Origin: a virus
Reading direction: 5' to 3' (one strand)
Length of the DNA: 37,299 bases
IMG/VR virus record: IMGVR_UViG_3300033516_000134
Coordinates: 1 to 37,299 of that record
Positions 16,874-25,768 of this stretch are shown here, in pieces; within the stretch, counting starts at the first letter, position 1, and each line of letters starts with the position of its first letter. A program made the translations under genes and the position numbers. The notes beneath the pieces are model-generated. The model worked only from the letters and a program-made list of their open reading frames with translations. It was not told the origin of the DNA and made no database searches.

Positions 16874-17683
16874 TTAGACGGATTCGTATGTCGCAACGCA
16901 CCGGCAGTTGATGATTTCTTGCGGCGGTCCATCTGGATCAGACGGGAACATAAGTTCAGCGCCGCCAACGATGAACGGTTCGTCAAGGTCGCGCCGCTGC
17001 CCATCCGCCTCGGCGTGCGATTCGCGGGTTCGATCATCCTCCGTGCTGGTCCAGACCTTCACCGTCTTCAGCCCGAGGTCATCGGAAACCTCGCGCATGT
17101 TCTCGAATTCACCCTTGCCGATGGCAGCAGCGGACTCGGTTCGAGCGATGGTTTCGGCTCGTGCCGGTGAAATGCTGGCGACCCGCTGGCGTATCTCGCG
17201 CGCAATTTCCCGAGGGTGCGCCTGCTCTGCCAGCCCGGCAGCAATGGCGTTCCTGATGCGCGCCTGCGTGGTGCGTCCGATGCTCACCGACCGCGCTGCC
17301 TTCGCCTTCGCCCACTTGGCAATGCGTGCGCGCATCTGCTCTGCCGTGTCTAGCTTTCGCTCCCAGGTCGGATGCGCCTTGCCGAGCGCGTCGGCGCTAT
17401 GCTCGACGCCTGCGAGTGCGGCGCGGAGCAATGCCGTTTGGAGCAGCGCCGCCAGCCTGCGCTGGTGATCCTTCATCGTCGGAAGCCAGGACGGGTAGGC
17501 TGCTGCCGCCTCGTTCCCTGCTCGGTTGAACTCCCGCAGCAGCGCCGTCGCCATGCTCCGTTCGTGAGTCGCCTGCAGGCGGTGGAAGGCTCGCGCCTGT
17601 CGGCGGCGCTGCTCTCGGGAAAGGCGCATCGTGGTCATCCTCCATGTCCGTGCCGCAGCGAGCGCAGCGACCAGTCCCATCAT
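16874..17683 (-). CDS. Head morphogenesis protein, SPP1 gp7 / Mu F family
   Basis: 269 aa with ETIARTESAAA...VWTSTEDDRTRESHAEADGQ...INCRCV, the hallmark C-terminal motif series of this family. Confidence 0.85.
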   Translation of the reverse strand: MMGLVAALAAARTWRMTTMRLSREQRRRQARAFHRLQATHERSMATALLREFNRAGNEAAAAYPSWLPTMKDHQRRLAALLQTALLRAALAGVEHSADALGKAHPTWERKLDTAEQMRARIAKWAKAKAARSVSIGRTTQARIRNAIAAGLAEQAHPREIAREIRQRVASISPARAETIARTESAAAIGKGEFENMREVSDDLGLKTVKVWTSTEDDRTRESHAEADGQRRDLDEPFIVGGAELMFPSDPDGPPQEIINCRCVATYESV

Positions 17684-17710
17684 CCCGCGAGAACCCGCAG
17701 GCTGGGCAGT

Positions 17711-17884
17711 TCACCGCTTCGTTTCCATCAGGTAGGCAGGCATGGTCGCGCCTGGGCAAACATGCACAGGCATTTCGCGCAGGATCGTGCCGTCCTTGCC
17801 GACAAGCCATGCCATCAGGCGGTGCCGATCCCGCACCAGAATCAGCTTACCGGCTGGCGTCTGCTGCTCACTGACCGGCAGCAT
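17711..17884 (-). CDS. Small hypothetical protein (57 aa, below the ORF-track cutoff)
   Basis: My own translation: MLPVSEQQTPAGKLILVRDRHRLMAWLVGKDGTILREMPVHVCPGATMPAYLMETKR. High GC at third codon positions. The ATG overlaps the portal 3' end by 17 nt, and the ORF fills an otherwise empty 185-nt gap. Confidence 0.45.
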   Translation of the reverse strand: MLPVSEQQTPAGKLILVRDRHRLMAWLVGKDGTILREMPVHVCPGATMPAYLMETKR

Positions 17885-19454
17885 CGGTCGCCTCGGGTTT
17901 CGGTTTGCGCGGCATGCTCGCCAGAGCAGTCAGCAGCGCATCGACTGCCGCCTCGGCTGCGCTCGGGAAGGCGATGCGGACCACAGCCTCGGCTGCTTCC
18001 GTGGGCAGGGTGCCATCGGCCACCGACTGCACGATGGACAGCAACGACTGGATCTGCGCGCCGTTGAGCGCCGTCGCCTGCACCTGCTCGGCAGGCACGG
18101 CAGGCTCGCCTTCGGCGGTCGCCTCGGTTTCGATTTCCTGCGTTTCGCTGGCGTCATCATCCTCGCCTTCGACATCGGTCTGGGTTTCGTCGCCATCCTC
18201 GGGCAGCAGCGCACCGCCGAGCGGGACCAAGGTGGACGGCATGAACACCTCATCCGCGCCAGGATCAGCGATGGCAGGAAGCCCGGTCGCCAACCGCTTT
18301 TCGTTCAGCGTCATCCACGATGACTGCGTGACGCTCAACCAGCGAGCGGCGCGCACTCCTGCCAGCGCAGGCAGATCCTCGGTGTAAAGCACGATGCGAA
18401 CATCGGGGCCGAAGGACGGAGCGAGCCAGGAGTTGAGCGAATCGACCAGCGATTCTGCAACCGGAATCACCGTGTCTTGGTAGAGCGCCTGCCGGGCTTC
18501 CTGATAATTCGCGTAGGTATTGTCGCCAGGGATTCCCAGCACCATCGGAGGCACGCCGAAGGCCAGCGCAATTTCACGCGCCGAGTTCGCCTTGCCTGCC
18601 ATCCAGTCCATTTCCGCAGGCGACAGGCTCATCGCCTGCCACTCCATGCCGCCTTCGAGCAGCATGGGTCGGCCAGCGTTGCTACCGCCAGCGTAGGCGT
18701 TGTTCAGTTGTTCCTTCAGCGACTCGAACTGCTTTTCCGACAGGGTGGCGGGTGAGCCATTGCCAGCGCCACGATAGACCAGCGCACCGCTCGGGCGGCA
18801 TCCGTTCTGCAGCAGCGACTGGTTCCACGCGCCTGCCTCGTTGTGAGCATCGACCGCGAACGCTGCCGCCTCGACAGGCGATTGCCCGTACCAGTCATCA
18901 GTCGGGTGGAAGAACTTCATGTGCAGGACCGGCGAGGTTCCGGTCAGCGGATCGACCGCCCATGATTTCGTCTGACCGTTCACCTCATAGATGAACCCGG
19001 CTGGACCGGACTTGCCGGGCTTGACCTTGGTCCGATCCGGTCGCAGGCACCAGAGTTCGAGCGGCGGCTGGCGATCGGGACCGACGCCTTCGACATAGGT
19101 GTTTCCGGTCAGCATCAGATAGGCGACCACCGCCTCGAAGAACTGCGCGTGACCCGCCCACGGGTTCGGTCGCGCGAGTAGCTTCACCAGCGGATGCGAT
19201 TGGTCGGCCATGCGATCACCGATCATCACCCGCATGGGGATCTTGGCAGCGCCTCGCGCGACCTCGCTGATCGCCTTATAGGCAATCACATTCTTGCGGT
19301 AGGCTTCCTCGGAATACTGCGCCGGGTTGCGCTTGTAGGCAACGCCTCGGTCCTGCCCGGCGTAGGCGACATAAACCAGCGGAGCGGTGGCGCTGGCCTT
19401 GCCCTCGGGCTGCTGACCGAAATGGATGTTCAGACCAAGGAAGGACAGGCGCAT
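17868..19454 (-). CDS. Portal protein, HK97 family
   Basis: Long ORF after terL with an acidic C-terminal tail. I prefer the ATG at 19454 (MRLSFLGL...), which is preceded by GGAGA; the ORF-track start is 19475. Confidence 0.85.
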   Translation of the reverse strand: MRLSFLGLNIHFGQQPEGKASATAPLVYVAYAGQDRGVAYKRNPAQYSEEAYRKNVIAYKAISEVARGAAKIPMRVMIGDRMADQSHPLVKLLARPNPWAGHAQFFEAVVAYLMLTGNTYVEGVGPDRQPPLELWCLRPDRTKVKPGKSGPAGFIYEVNGQTKSWAVDPLTGTSPVLHMKFFHPTDDWYGQSPVEAAAFAVDAHNEAGAWNQSLLQNGCRPSGALVYRGAGNGSPATLSEKQFESLKEQLNNAYAGGSNAGRPMLLEGGMEWQAMSLSPAEMDWMAGKANSAREIALAFGVPPMVLGIPGDNTYANYQEARQALYQDTVIPVAESLVDSLNSWLAPSFGPDVRIVLYTEDLPALAGVRAARWLSVTQSSWMTLNEKRLATGLPAIADPGADEVFMPSTLVPLGGALLPEDGDETQTDVEGEDDDASETQEIETEATAEGEPAVPAEQVQATALNGAQIQSLLSIVQSVADGTLPTEAAEAVVRIAFPSAAEAAVDALLTALASMPRKPKPEATDAAGQ

Positions 19455-19502
19455 GTTGCAGTCTCCAGGCGGCAAGCTACCGGGTTGCGGCGGCAGGTGA
19501 AG

Positions 19503-20795
19503 TCACAGGGACCGGACCCGAGGCTCGGCGTGCGCGCCGATCATCAGGTCAGTCACCAGCCAGACCAGCGCATCCATGCGGTCGGGCGACCGCTTGCTGG
19601 TGGCAGGATCGAAGGAAGTCATCTGGTCTTCGAGGGCTGCATGCTGCCCGACATGATGCACCCGGCCCTGCTCATAGAGCGCAGCGATGGGTTCCGCGCG
19701 GATCGCCTTGCCTCGGGTGGCATGAACTGCCCGGTAGGAAACCATCGGATCGACGGTGCGTATGGTCGCCTCGACCAGATCACCGCCGTTGTTCACCTCG
19801 GCAATGATCCGATCCGCGCAGTTGTCCTGATACCATCCGACCGCCGCCTTCGCCCACTCCAGCGCCGCCATGTGACCCGAGAGGTCGGCCAGGATGTAAG
19901 CGTGACCATCCTCGCCAAGCCCACCCGCAACGATGCCGGTTTCGTCTGAGTCTGGATTGCTGGTGACTGCCGGGTCGATGGCAATGGCGATGCGGCGCAG
20001 CGCAGGCGCATGCCGCACCCGGTTGCGTTCGATGACCCGCCCGTTCCACAAAGCGCCTGGGTTGTCATCCAGCACCTCCGCTTCGATTTCCTGCCTGCCC
20101 AGGCGCGTGCCTTCGTAGCGGGTGAGGATTTCTGACAGGAAGTTCTGCGCCAGATTGCCAGCGTTGTCATAGGTGCTGCCGCCAGTCACCGTGCAATCGT
20201 GGCGCGACAGCAGTTCGCGGATCAGCTTGGTCGGTCGCGGCGTGGTGGTGATGCAGGCTTGCGGATGCTCACCCAGGCGCAGACCGAACATCAGATTGTC
20301 CCAGGTTTCCCGATCGTAGCGCCATGCCGCGAGTTCATCGGCCCAGCATGCGGTGTGCTGGGGACCGCGCAGCAGATCCGGTTCGTCGGCGCTGAAGCAG
20401 GTCGCCGTTGCGCCGCTGGCGAAAGTGATTCGTCGCTTGCTTGGCTCATAGTTCGGTCGCTCGGAATCAGGGAACACCCGCATGATGCCGCTCGGTCCTT
20501 CGACCATGACATCGCGCACATCGGCTGCGGTTCTTCCGACTAAGGCGATCACCTCGTTGCGGTTCCGCACCCGCTCGCGTATCCATTCCGCTCCGGTGCG
20601 CGTCTTGCCCCAGCCGCGACCCGCCTTGATGAGCCAGAGCGTCCAGCCACCGGGCGGCGCGACCTGCTCGGGTCTTGCCCACATCCGCCATGACCAGATC
20701 AGCAGCCCGGCAGGCACCCCGTTGAGCAGCCAGCGACGTTCCTGCGGACTCAGTTTGGCAATGCGTTCAGCCAGCGACGGGTGGCGGTGCTGCAT
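19503..20795 (-). CDS. terL: Terminase large subunit
   Basis: Walker A GRGWGKTRTGAEW and a C-terminal nuclease-type region. The likely start is MQHRHPSLAER at 20795 (ORF-track start 20861 lies inside terS). Confidence 0.9.
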   Translation of the reverse strand: MQHRHPSLAERIAKLSPQERRWLLNGVPAGLLIWSWRMWARPEQVAPPGGWTLWLIKAGRGWGKTRTGAEWIRERVRNRNEVIALVGRTAADVRDVMVEGPSGIMRVFPDSERPNYEPSKRRITFASGATATCFSADEPDLLRGPQHTACWADELAAWRYDRETWDNLMFGLRLGEHPQACITTTPRPTKLIRELLSRHDCTVTGGSTYDNAGNLAQNFLSEILTRYEGTRLGRQEIEAEVLDDNPGALWNGRVIERNRVRHAPALRRIAIAIDPAVTSNPDSDETGIVAGGLGEDGHAYILADLSGHMAALEWAKAAVGWYQDNCADRIIAEVNNGGDLVEATIRTVDPMVSYRAVHATRGKAIRAEPIAALYEQGRVHHVGQHAALEDQMTSFDPATSKRSPDRMDALVWLVTDLMIGAHAEPRVRSL

Positions 20796-21228
20796 CGCTG
20801 CCCTCTCGCTGGTCCGTCTTCCGCTGCTTGATTTCACCCAGGCGCTTAAACCTCGTTTCAAGCAGGTCGATCAGGCGCGCGGCGTTTTCGTCCGTGGGCT
20901 TGGCTTCCTCGAATACGATACCCGTGGTTTCGCGCCACCCACCCTGGCACTTGAGATAGAATATCAGAGCGGACAGGTTCGGGCGGGTTCCCTTCGCCTG
21001 ATCACCGACCGCCATGTTATAGAGCGCCGCGCCTGCTCGCGCCACGCTCTGCGCTCGACCTTCGTTGAATGTCCCGATCATCCAGCGCCGCAGCGACTCT
21101 TCATCGAACCCGGTGATGAGCGCCGTTTGTGCGAGGTTGCACCCGCTGGCCGAGCAGGTGCGAACCTTGGAAATCAGTTCCGCCGTGATGTCGGCCCGGC
21201 GACGGATGCGCTGGCGTTTCTCGCTCAT
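20767..21228 (-). CDS. terS: Terminase small subunit candidate (HTH type)
   Basis: 153 aa directly upstream of and overlapping terL, with an N-terminal HTH-like segment and LIFYLKCQGGWRE resembling small-terminase motifs. Confidence 0.65.
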   Translation of the reverse strand: MSEKRQRIRRRADITAELISKVRTCSASGCNLAQTALITGFDEESLRRWMIGTFNEGRAQSVARAGAALYNMAVGDQAKGTRPNLSALIFYLKCQGGWRETTGIVFEEAKPTDENAARLIDLLETRFKRLGEIKQRKTDQREGSDAAPPPVAG

Positions 21229-21343
21229 GCTTCACCGTCGCCGGGCAGATTGTGGAGCGGTGGGATCGGTGCTGCCCCGTCCTCTCGCGGCTGGAAGCCG
21301 CGCGCATCATGGATGCTTCCACCGCATAGTGGCTTGCTCGGCA

Positions 21344-22003
21344 TCATTCGTGTCCAGCCAGGAAGTCCATAGCCATCAGTTCAAGCGCACGACCCTCGCT
21401 CATATCGGTCGAGTTCTCGCGCACGCGAATAGCGTTCACCGCTCGCGCGACCACCTCGAACTGATCGGCGGTCAGCGTGACTTCATGGGTCAGCAGGCTA
21501 TCGTCTGCGGGTTCCTCTGGCGCTGCTGCATCATCGAAGGCGGCGCGAGCGATGGCATGCAGGTCGCCATCGGTGAACCCCAGCATGTGAACATCGAAGT
21601 CGGCAGTCTGCAGTTCGGTCAGGTTTTCGTGCAGCGCCTCCCAGTCCCAGGTCGCCAGTTCAGACGATCGGTTGTCTGCGATGGCATAGGCTCGGGCGGT
21701 CGCGTCATCATCCTCGACCAGAGCGGCAGCGATGAACGGCCAGCCGAGGCGCTGCGCTGCTGCCAGCGTCCCGTTGCCAGCCAGCACCGTCCGATCAGAG
21801 CGGCGCACCACGATCGGGCGGCGCTGCCTGAAGCGAGCGAGCGAGTCGGCAATGGCGTCGAGGTTGCGCTGGTTGTGCTTCCTGGCGTTGCGCTCATCCA
21901 TCCGCACCGACACCAGCGGCACCGCCAGAGCATGCAGCGCAGGCACGATGTTCTGCATGCCATCCGGTGGGATGTCTGGTGCATCGTCCTGCGCTGCGCT
22001 CAT
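21344..22003 (-). CDS. ParB/Srx N-terminal domain protein (second copy)
   Basis: 219 aa with DERNARKHNQRNLDAIADSL...PIVV...VLAGNGTLAAAQRLG...ARAYAIADNR, a ParB-like nuclease-domain pattern. No methyltransferase domain follows. Confidence 0.7.
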   Translation of the reverse strand: MSAAQDDAPDIPPDGMQNIVPALHALAVPLVSVRMDERNARKHNQRNLDAIADSLARFRQRRPIVVRRSDRTVLAGNGTLAAAQRLGWPFIAAALVEDDDATARAYAIADNRSSELATWDWEALHENLTELQTADFDVHMLGFTDGDLHAIARAAFDDAAAPEEPADDSLLTHEVTLTADQFEVVARAVNAIRVRENSTDMSEGRALELMAMDFLAGHE

Positions 22004-22005
22004 GG

Positions 22006-22266
22006 TCAGACCGTCCAGTTGCGAGGAATGGTGCGCCAGCCGAGGACCGCGACGGGTTCGCCGCTGCGATGGAACGCCTGGACATGCAGCAGCGCCGGGT
22101 TCGGTGAGGCGACCTGCCCGAACTCAACGATGTCGATTCCGCCGCTCTGCAGGATCACGATGACTCGCGCTCCGTTGCGAGGCGTGCGCGTGATCGGATG
22201 GAAGCCGCGCGGAATGGTAAGCGCCGGTTTCGGTTCCTGCGCCTGGGGTTCTAGGGTTTCGGACAT
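22006..22266 (-). CDS. Hypothetical small protein
   Basis: 86-aa ORF overlapping the XRE gene by 16 nt, ending 2 nt before the ParB-N gene; no motif recognised. Confidence 0.55.
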   Translation of the reverse strand: MSETLEPQAQEPKPALTIPRGFHPITRTPRNGARVIVILQSGGIDIVEFGQVASPNPALLHVQAFHRSGEPVAVLGWRTIPRNWTV

Positions 22267-22511
22267 GGTTCCTCCTGAGTGCCTGCCGGTTCATCAAGCG
22301 AAGCGAGTAGCGGTATCGGGTCGATGCCTGCGTGCCGGGTCAGCGAGGCGAAGGACAGCAGAGTCGGCAGGCGCTTGCCGGTTTCATAGCGGCACGCCTC
22401 CACTGCGCTGATGCCAGCGGCGCGAGCGAACGCAGCCTGAGTCGGTATGCCTGCGTCGATGCGTGCGCGGATCAGCGCCGCAGCGAAGGACTTGTGCTGA
22501 TCGTCAGGCAT
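22251..22511 (-). CDS. XRE-family helix-turn-helix transcriptional regulator
   Basis: 86 aa. IRARIDAGIPTQAAFARAAGISAVEACRYETGKRLPTL is a typical HTH_3 pattern. Confidence 0.75.
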   Translation of the reverse strand: MPDDQHKSFAAALIRARIDAGIPTQAAFARAAGISAVEACRYETGKRLPTLLSFASLTRHAGIDPIPLLASLDEPAGTQEEPCPKP

Positions 22512-23211
22512 CGGCGCTGCCCTTCGCCTTGCCGAGATACATCCGCGCGCCTGCCTTGTCGATGTCCGAGAACGGCAGGACCGGCACGGTCAGGCGCTCG
22601 CGCACGCCGGGCTTGAGCGGCAGAATGTAGCGCAGTTGGAAGCCGGGCAGGCTGCGGACATTCGGCAGACCCGTGATGTTCTTGCTCGGCCAGTTCGTGA
22701 TGCCGCAGGCTTCCAGCACCTTGCGCCGAACCTCTGGCGCGCACCGAAAGCTGATGTCGGTGAATATGACATTGCCGACCTGCATCAGCGTTTTGTTGCT
22801 CTTGATCCCGGTCAGCAGGAAGCCAGAGGCACGGTAGATGGTTCCGTCGCCGCATTGGGTTCCATCGCTGAACGACAAGATCCACTCCAGGTTCGGGTAT
22901 GCTCGCTTGAGCAGGCGCACGCCGACGCTGATGAATCTTGACTCGGTGTTCTTCGGCGTGGCGTCGATCATCGCCATGCGGTTCAGTTCGATCATGTCAT
23001 GCCAGCGAGTGCCGCGCACCAGCGGCAGAACATGACCCCGGTCCATCGGTGGTCCTAGCAGCATGACGCCGACCAATCGCGCGTCCATGAACGCGCCGAG
23101 GTGGACTTGTGAATTATTCACCGTCCCGCCAGAATAGTGCCACCGCTCAACGAAGCGCCGCGCGTCATCGCTGCGGATCGGCGCGACTCTGATGTCCTTA
23201 GCGGTTGCCAT
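22504..23211 (-). CDS. Mom-family-like (GNAT-fold) DNA base modification enzyme candidate
   Basis: 235 aa with the ordered motifs FVERWHYSGG, IELNRM, PKNTES, SFSDGTQCGDGTIYRASGF and GFQLRYILPL, recalled from Mom-family adenine methylcarbamoylation proteins. Not verified by any search. Confidence 0.5.
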   Translation of the reverse strand: MATAKDIRVAPIRSDDARRFVERWHYSGGTVNNSQVHLGAFMDARLVGVMLLGPPMDRGHVLPLVRGTRWHDMIELNRMAMIDATPKNTESRFISVGVRLLKRAYPNLEWILSFSDGTQCGDGTIYRASGFLLTGIKSNKTLMQVGNVIFTDISFRCAPEVRRKVLEACGITNWPSKNITGLPNVRSLPGFQLRYILPLKPGVRERLTVPVLPFSDIDKAGARMYLGKAKGSADA

Positions 23212-23818
23212 TGCGGCACGCCTTCAGGATCGCAGCAGATGGATTGTTCGACTCGAAGGTATCTAGCCACGCCATCACTTCGTCGCGTTCCGAGAGGGGC
23301 AGGCGGATCGTTATGGTGCCGATGTCATCAGCGCCACGGTCGCCTGCGCCGAGGTCAGGCATTGCCGCATCCTGCACGCCGATTCCGATGGCGGTCAGTT
23401 CTTCAGGCGCGAACCCGATCACGCCCAGGTTGAACCAGTCTTCGTTGAGCGCCTGCAGTTCGATTGCCAGCGCCTCGTCATCCCACCCGGCGTTGAGCGC
23501 CAGCTTGTTGTCTGCGATGACATAGGCTCGGCGCTGCGACTCGGACAGATGCGAGAGGCGCACGCATGGGACCGCATCTAGCCCGAGCAGCCGCGCCGCA
23601 AGCACGCGACCGTGACCTGCGATGATGGTCCCGGCTGCGTCGATCAGCACCGGGTTCGTCCAGCCGAACTCTCGGATGCTGGCGACAATCTGCGCGACCT
23701 GCGCCTCCGAGTGCGTGCGCGAGTTGCGAGCAAACGGGACCAGCGTTGCAAGCGGCAGTCGCTCCATCGCTTCAGGCATCCAGGGAAGGGGCGGCTGGCT
23801 GGCGCGGCTGGCTGGCAT
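23198..23818 (-). CDS. ParB/Srx N-terminal domain protein (first copy)
   Basis: 206 aa with PFARNSRTHSEAQVAQIVASIREFGWTNPVLID..IIAGHGRVLAARLLG...RRAYVIADNKLALNAGWD. This domain type is usually fused to phage DNA methyltransferases, but here it stands alone. Confidence 0.75.
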   Translation of the reverse strand: MPASRASQPPLPWMPEAMERLPLATLVPFARNSRTHSEAQVAQIVASIREFGWTNPVLIDAAGTIIAGHGRVLAARLLGLDAVPCVRLSHLSESQRRAYVIADNKLALNAGWDDEALAIELQALNEDWFNLGVIGFAPEELTAIGIGVQDAAMPDLGAGDRGADDIGTITIRLPLSERDEVMAWLDTFESNNPSAAILKACRNGNR

Positions 23819-23966
23819 GCCTGGACTCTGGCGGCATGGCCGTCCCGGTCAACGCCCCTTGCCTCGGCTGGGAAACTGGGCCAGGTTCTAACTGCATGAC
23901 TGGTCGATGGTTGACGATGACCTGGATTCCTATTGATTGCACGCCATTGCCAGCACAGTAGGCAGC
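23819..23966. promoter_or_regulatory. Divergent early/late control region
   Basis: The only gap between the two divergent transcription units. -35-like hexamers are TTGACG (23911-23916, plus strand) and TTGACC (23852-23847, minus strand). No convincing -10 boxes seen. Confidence 0.4.
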
Positions 23967-24167
23967 ATGAGCAACGCCCCTGCCCCCCTCACCCGCGACG
24001 ATGCCGATGCGCTCGCCATGATGATCGCCGCGCGCCACGATGGTTGCCGCCTGCCCTGCGGCGCTGAACTGCGCGCAATCTGGCACGATGCCTGCCCGAT
24101 CATCCGCCCGACCGCGACCGCCATTGCCCAGGTGCGCCGCGCCGCTCACCGCCTCGGCCTGATCTGA
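23967..24167 (+). CDS. Hypothetical small protein (first early gene)
   Basis: ORF 23937..24167; I prefer the ATG at 23967 (MSNAPAPLTRDDADALAMM...). Codon bias is consistent with coding. Confidence 0.5.
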   Translation: MSNAPAPLTRDDADALAMMIAARHDGCRLPCGAELRAIWHDACPIIRPTATAIAQVRRAAHRLGLI

Positions 24168-24207
24168 TCCCCTTCCCATCCACCCCGCTTCACCGCACGG
24201 AGCAACC

Positions 24208-25689
24208 ATGACCATCACCGCCCTTTCCTCCCATCACCTCACCCTGGACGCCACCTGCGCTGGCATGGCTTACAATGCCATGCGCGGCGCACCTCGCATG
24301 GCTTTCCTGCGCCTGCAGGCGCACCATCTGGAAAGCGGGATCCAGGCGAACGCCGACCAACTGGCGGCGCTGCTGAACATCTGCGAACTGGCCGACTGCT
24401 CGGAATCGCTGGCCGTCCGCAACCTCTCGCGCCGCCTCCGCATGGCGGTGCGCGATGCCGAGGTCCGCGCCAGCGAACAGGCGGCGCAGGAGGATGCCGC
24501 CAGCCGACAGGCGATCATGCAGGACCGCGCCGAACCCGGTGAGCATGCCAGCGAAGGCATGCCTGCCCTGCCGAGCGCCTGCGACGGCATGGATGACGAT
24601 GAACTGGAAGCCTGCCGCCGCGCCGAGGACCGCGCCAGCCTGCCCGACAATCATCTGGAAGCGCAGGCGGAACGCGAGCCTTCCTACCTGCTGCCCGAGG
24701 ACGAAGCGGACGCAGCGCCGGTCGATCCGCTGGCGCGCGATGCTGGGCCAGGTGAGGAAGCCGCCGCTGCCGAGTTCATGCGGATCAGCAGCGAGCAGGA
24801 GCAGCCGAGCATGGCCGAGGTTCTGGACGGCCAGACGCGCAGCCTCGACCAGACTTCCGCCTGGATCACGAACGCGCCTGCCGCCTACGATGGGTTCGGC
24901 ACTTGGACCGAGCAGAACGGACCCGATGGGCAGCGGACCGTCCGCATCCACGCCGATCATCTGGAGTGGCAGGCGCGCCGCTACTGGAGCGGTGGGTTCG
25001 GCTGCACCCGCCACCAGCGCACCAGCGATGCCGCCGCTGCCGCCATGATGCAGATGGACCGCGCCAGCGAGGCGGCGCAGATGGAGCAGGCGCAGGCGGC
25101 GCTGGTGGCTGAAGGCTGCACGGTGGGGACGCTGGATCAGGCGCAGCAGGAAGCGCACGCCGACCGCATCCTGGCGGCGGCTGACGCTGCTTCCTCGGCC
25201 CTGCCCATGCCGCGCCTGGAAGTGCTGGTTCTGCAGGCGGTCGCGCAGCACCGCCGCCGCTGCTTCCTCGACTCGGTGGCGCTGCCCGAGGCTCGGGCGG
25301 TGGACATCCTGGCGGCGCTCGACGCTCTGGCGGCGCGCGGGATGGTCGAACAGCAGGCGAGCGGGACCGGGCTGCACACGGTCATGCTCGCGCCTGCCTT
25401 CGCTGATCGCATCGACGCCGGGCTTGAGGCGCTGCCCGAGGTCCAGAGCGAGCAGCCGCGCCAGCGCCGCGCCAGCCTGCCGCGCCAGCCGCGCCGCGCC
25501 GCCTCGGGCTGCACCGCCTGGAGCATCCGCGCTAAGGGGCGGGACGGCATCCTCCGCGCCTGCGATGGCGGCTGGAGGTTCGACGGCGAGGATCAGGTCC
25601 ACGCCACCCGATCGGCTGCGGCGCAGGCTTTCACCGGCTGCGCGACCGCCACCGCCACCCGCTTCGCCCCCCTCGAAACCCAGGCTTGA
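24208..25689 (+). CDS. Large acidic early protein of unknown function
   Basis: 493 aa, ACGGAG ribosome-binding site before the ATG, strong GC3 codon bias on the plus strand. It has a ~120-aa strongly acidic segment (about 24490-24850) and a winged-helix-like segment PRLEVLVLQAV...LDALAARGMVEQ. Confidence 0.75.
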   Translation: MTITALSSHHLTLDATCAGMAYNAMRGAPRMAFLRLQAHHLESGIQANADQLAALLNICELADCSESLAVRNLSRRLRMAVRDAEVRASEQAAQEDAASRQAIMQDRAEPGEHASEGMPALPSACDGMDDDELEACRRAEDRASLPDNHLEAQAEREPSYLLPEDEADAAPVDPLARDAGPGEEAAAAEFMRISSEQEQPSMAEVLDGQTRSLDQTSAWITNAPAAYDGFGTWTEQNGPDGQRTVRIHADHLEWQARRYWSGGFGCTRHQRTSDAAAAAMMQMDRASEAAQMEQAQAALVAEGCTVGTLDQAQQEAHADRILAAADAASSALPMPRLEVLVLQAVAQHRRRCFLDSVALPEARAVDILAALDALAARGMVEQQASGTGLHTVMLAPAFADRIDAGLEALPEVQSEQPRQRRASLPRQPRRAASGCTAWSIRAKGRDGILRACDGGWRFDGEDQVHATRSAAAQAFTGCATATATRFAPLETQA

Positions 25690-25768
25690 TGCTGGCGAAT
25701 GCCAGCTATACCTTGCCATAGACCGCACAAACCCGCCCGGCCCTGCCGGGCAACCCAGGAACATCCAC

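Noticed and set aside
17397-17810. 137-aa Cys-rich ORF (CPAC...CARC) overlapping the 5' part of the MuF-like gene
   Set aside because: Most of it overlaps the well-supported MuF-like frame. The non-overlapping part is better explained by the 57-aa ORF at 17711..17884 in a different frame with better codon bias.
21286-21302. 7-bp stem / 3-nt loop hairpin (cgcggct-gga-agccgcg) between the ParB-N gene and terS, considered as a terminator
   Set aside because: The stem is short, the triloop is tight and there is no U-tract. It is not distinguishable from chance pairing in GC-rich sequence.
21344-23818. The two ParB-domain genes considered as a plasmid-type partition system, which would imply a phage-plasmid lifestyle
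   Set aside because: There is no ParA/Walker ATPase partner and I noticed no parS-like repeated palindromes. Both proteins are short (ParB N-terminal domain only) and sit in the late operon next to the terminase genes.
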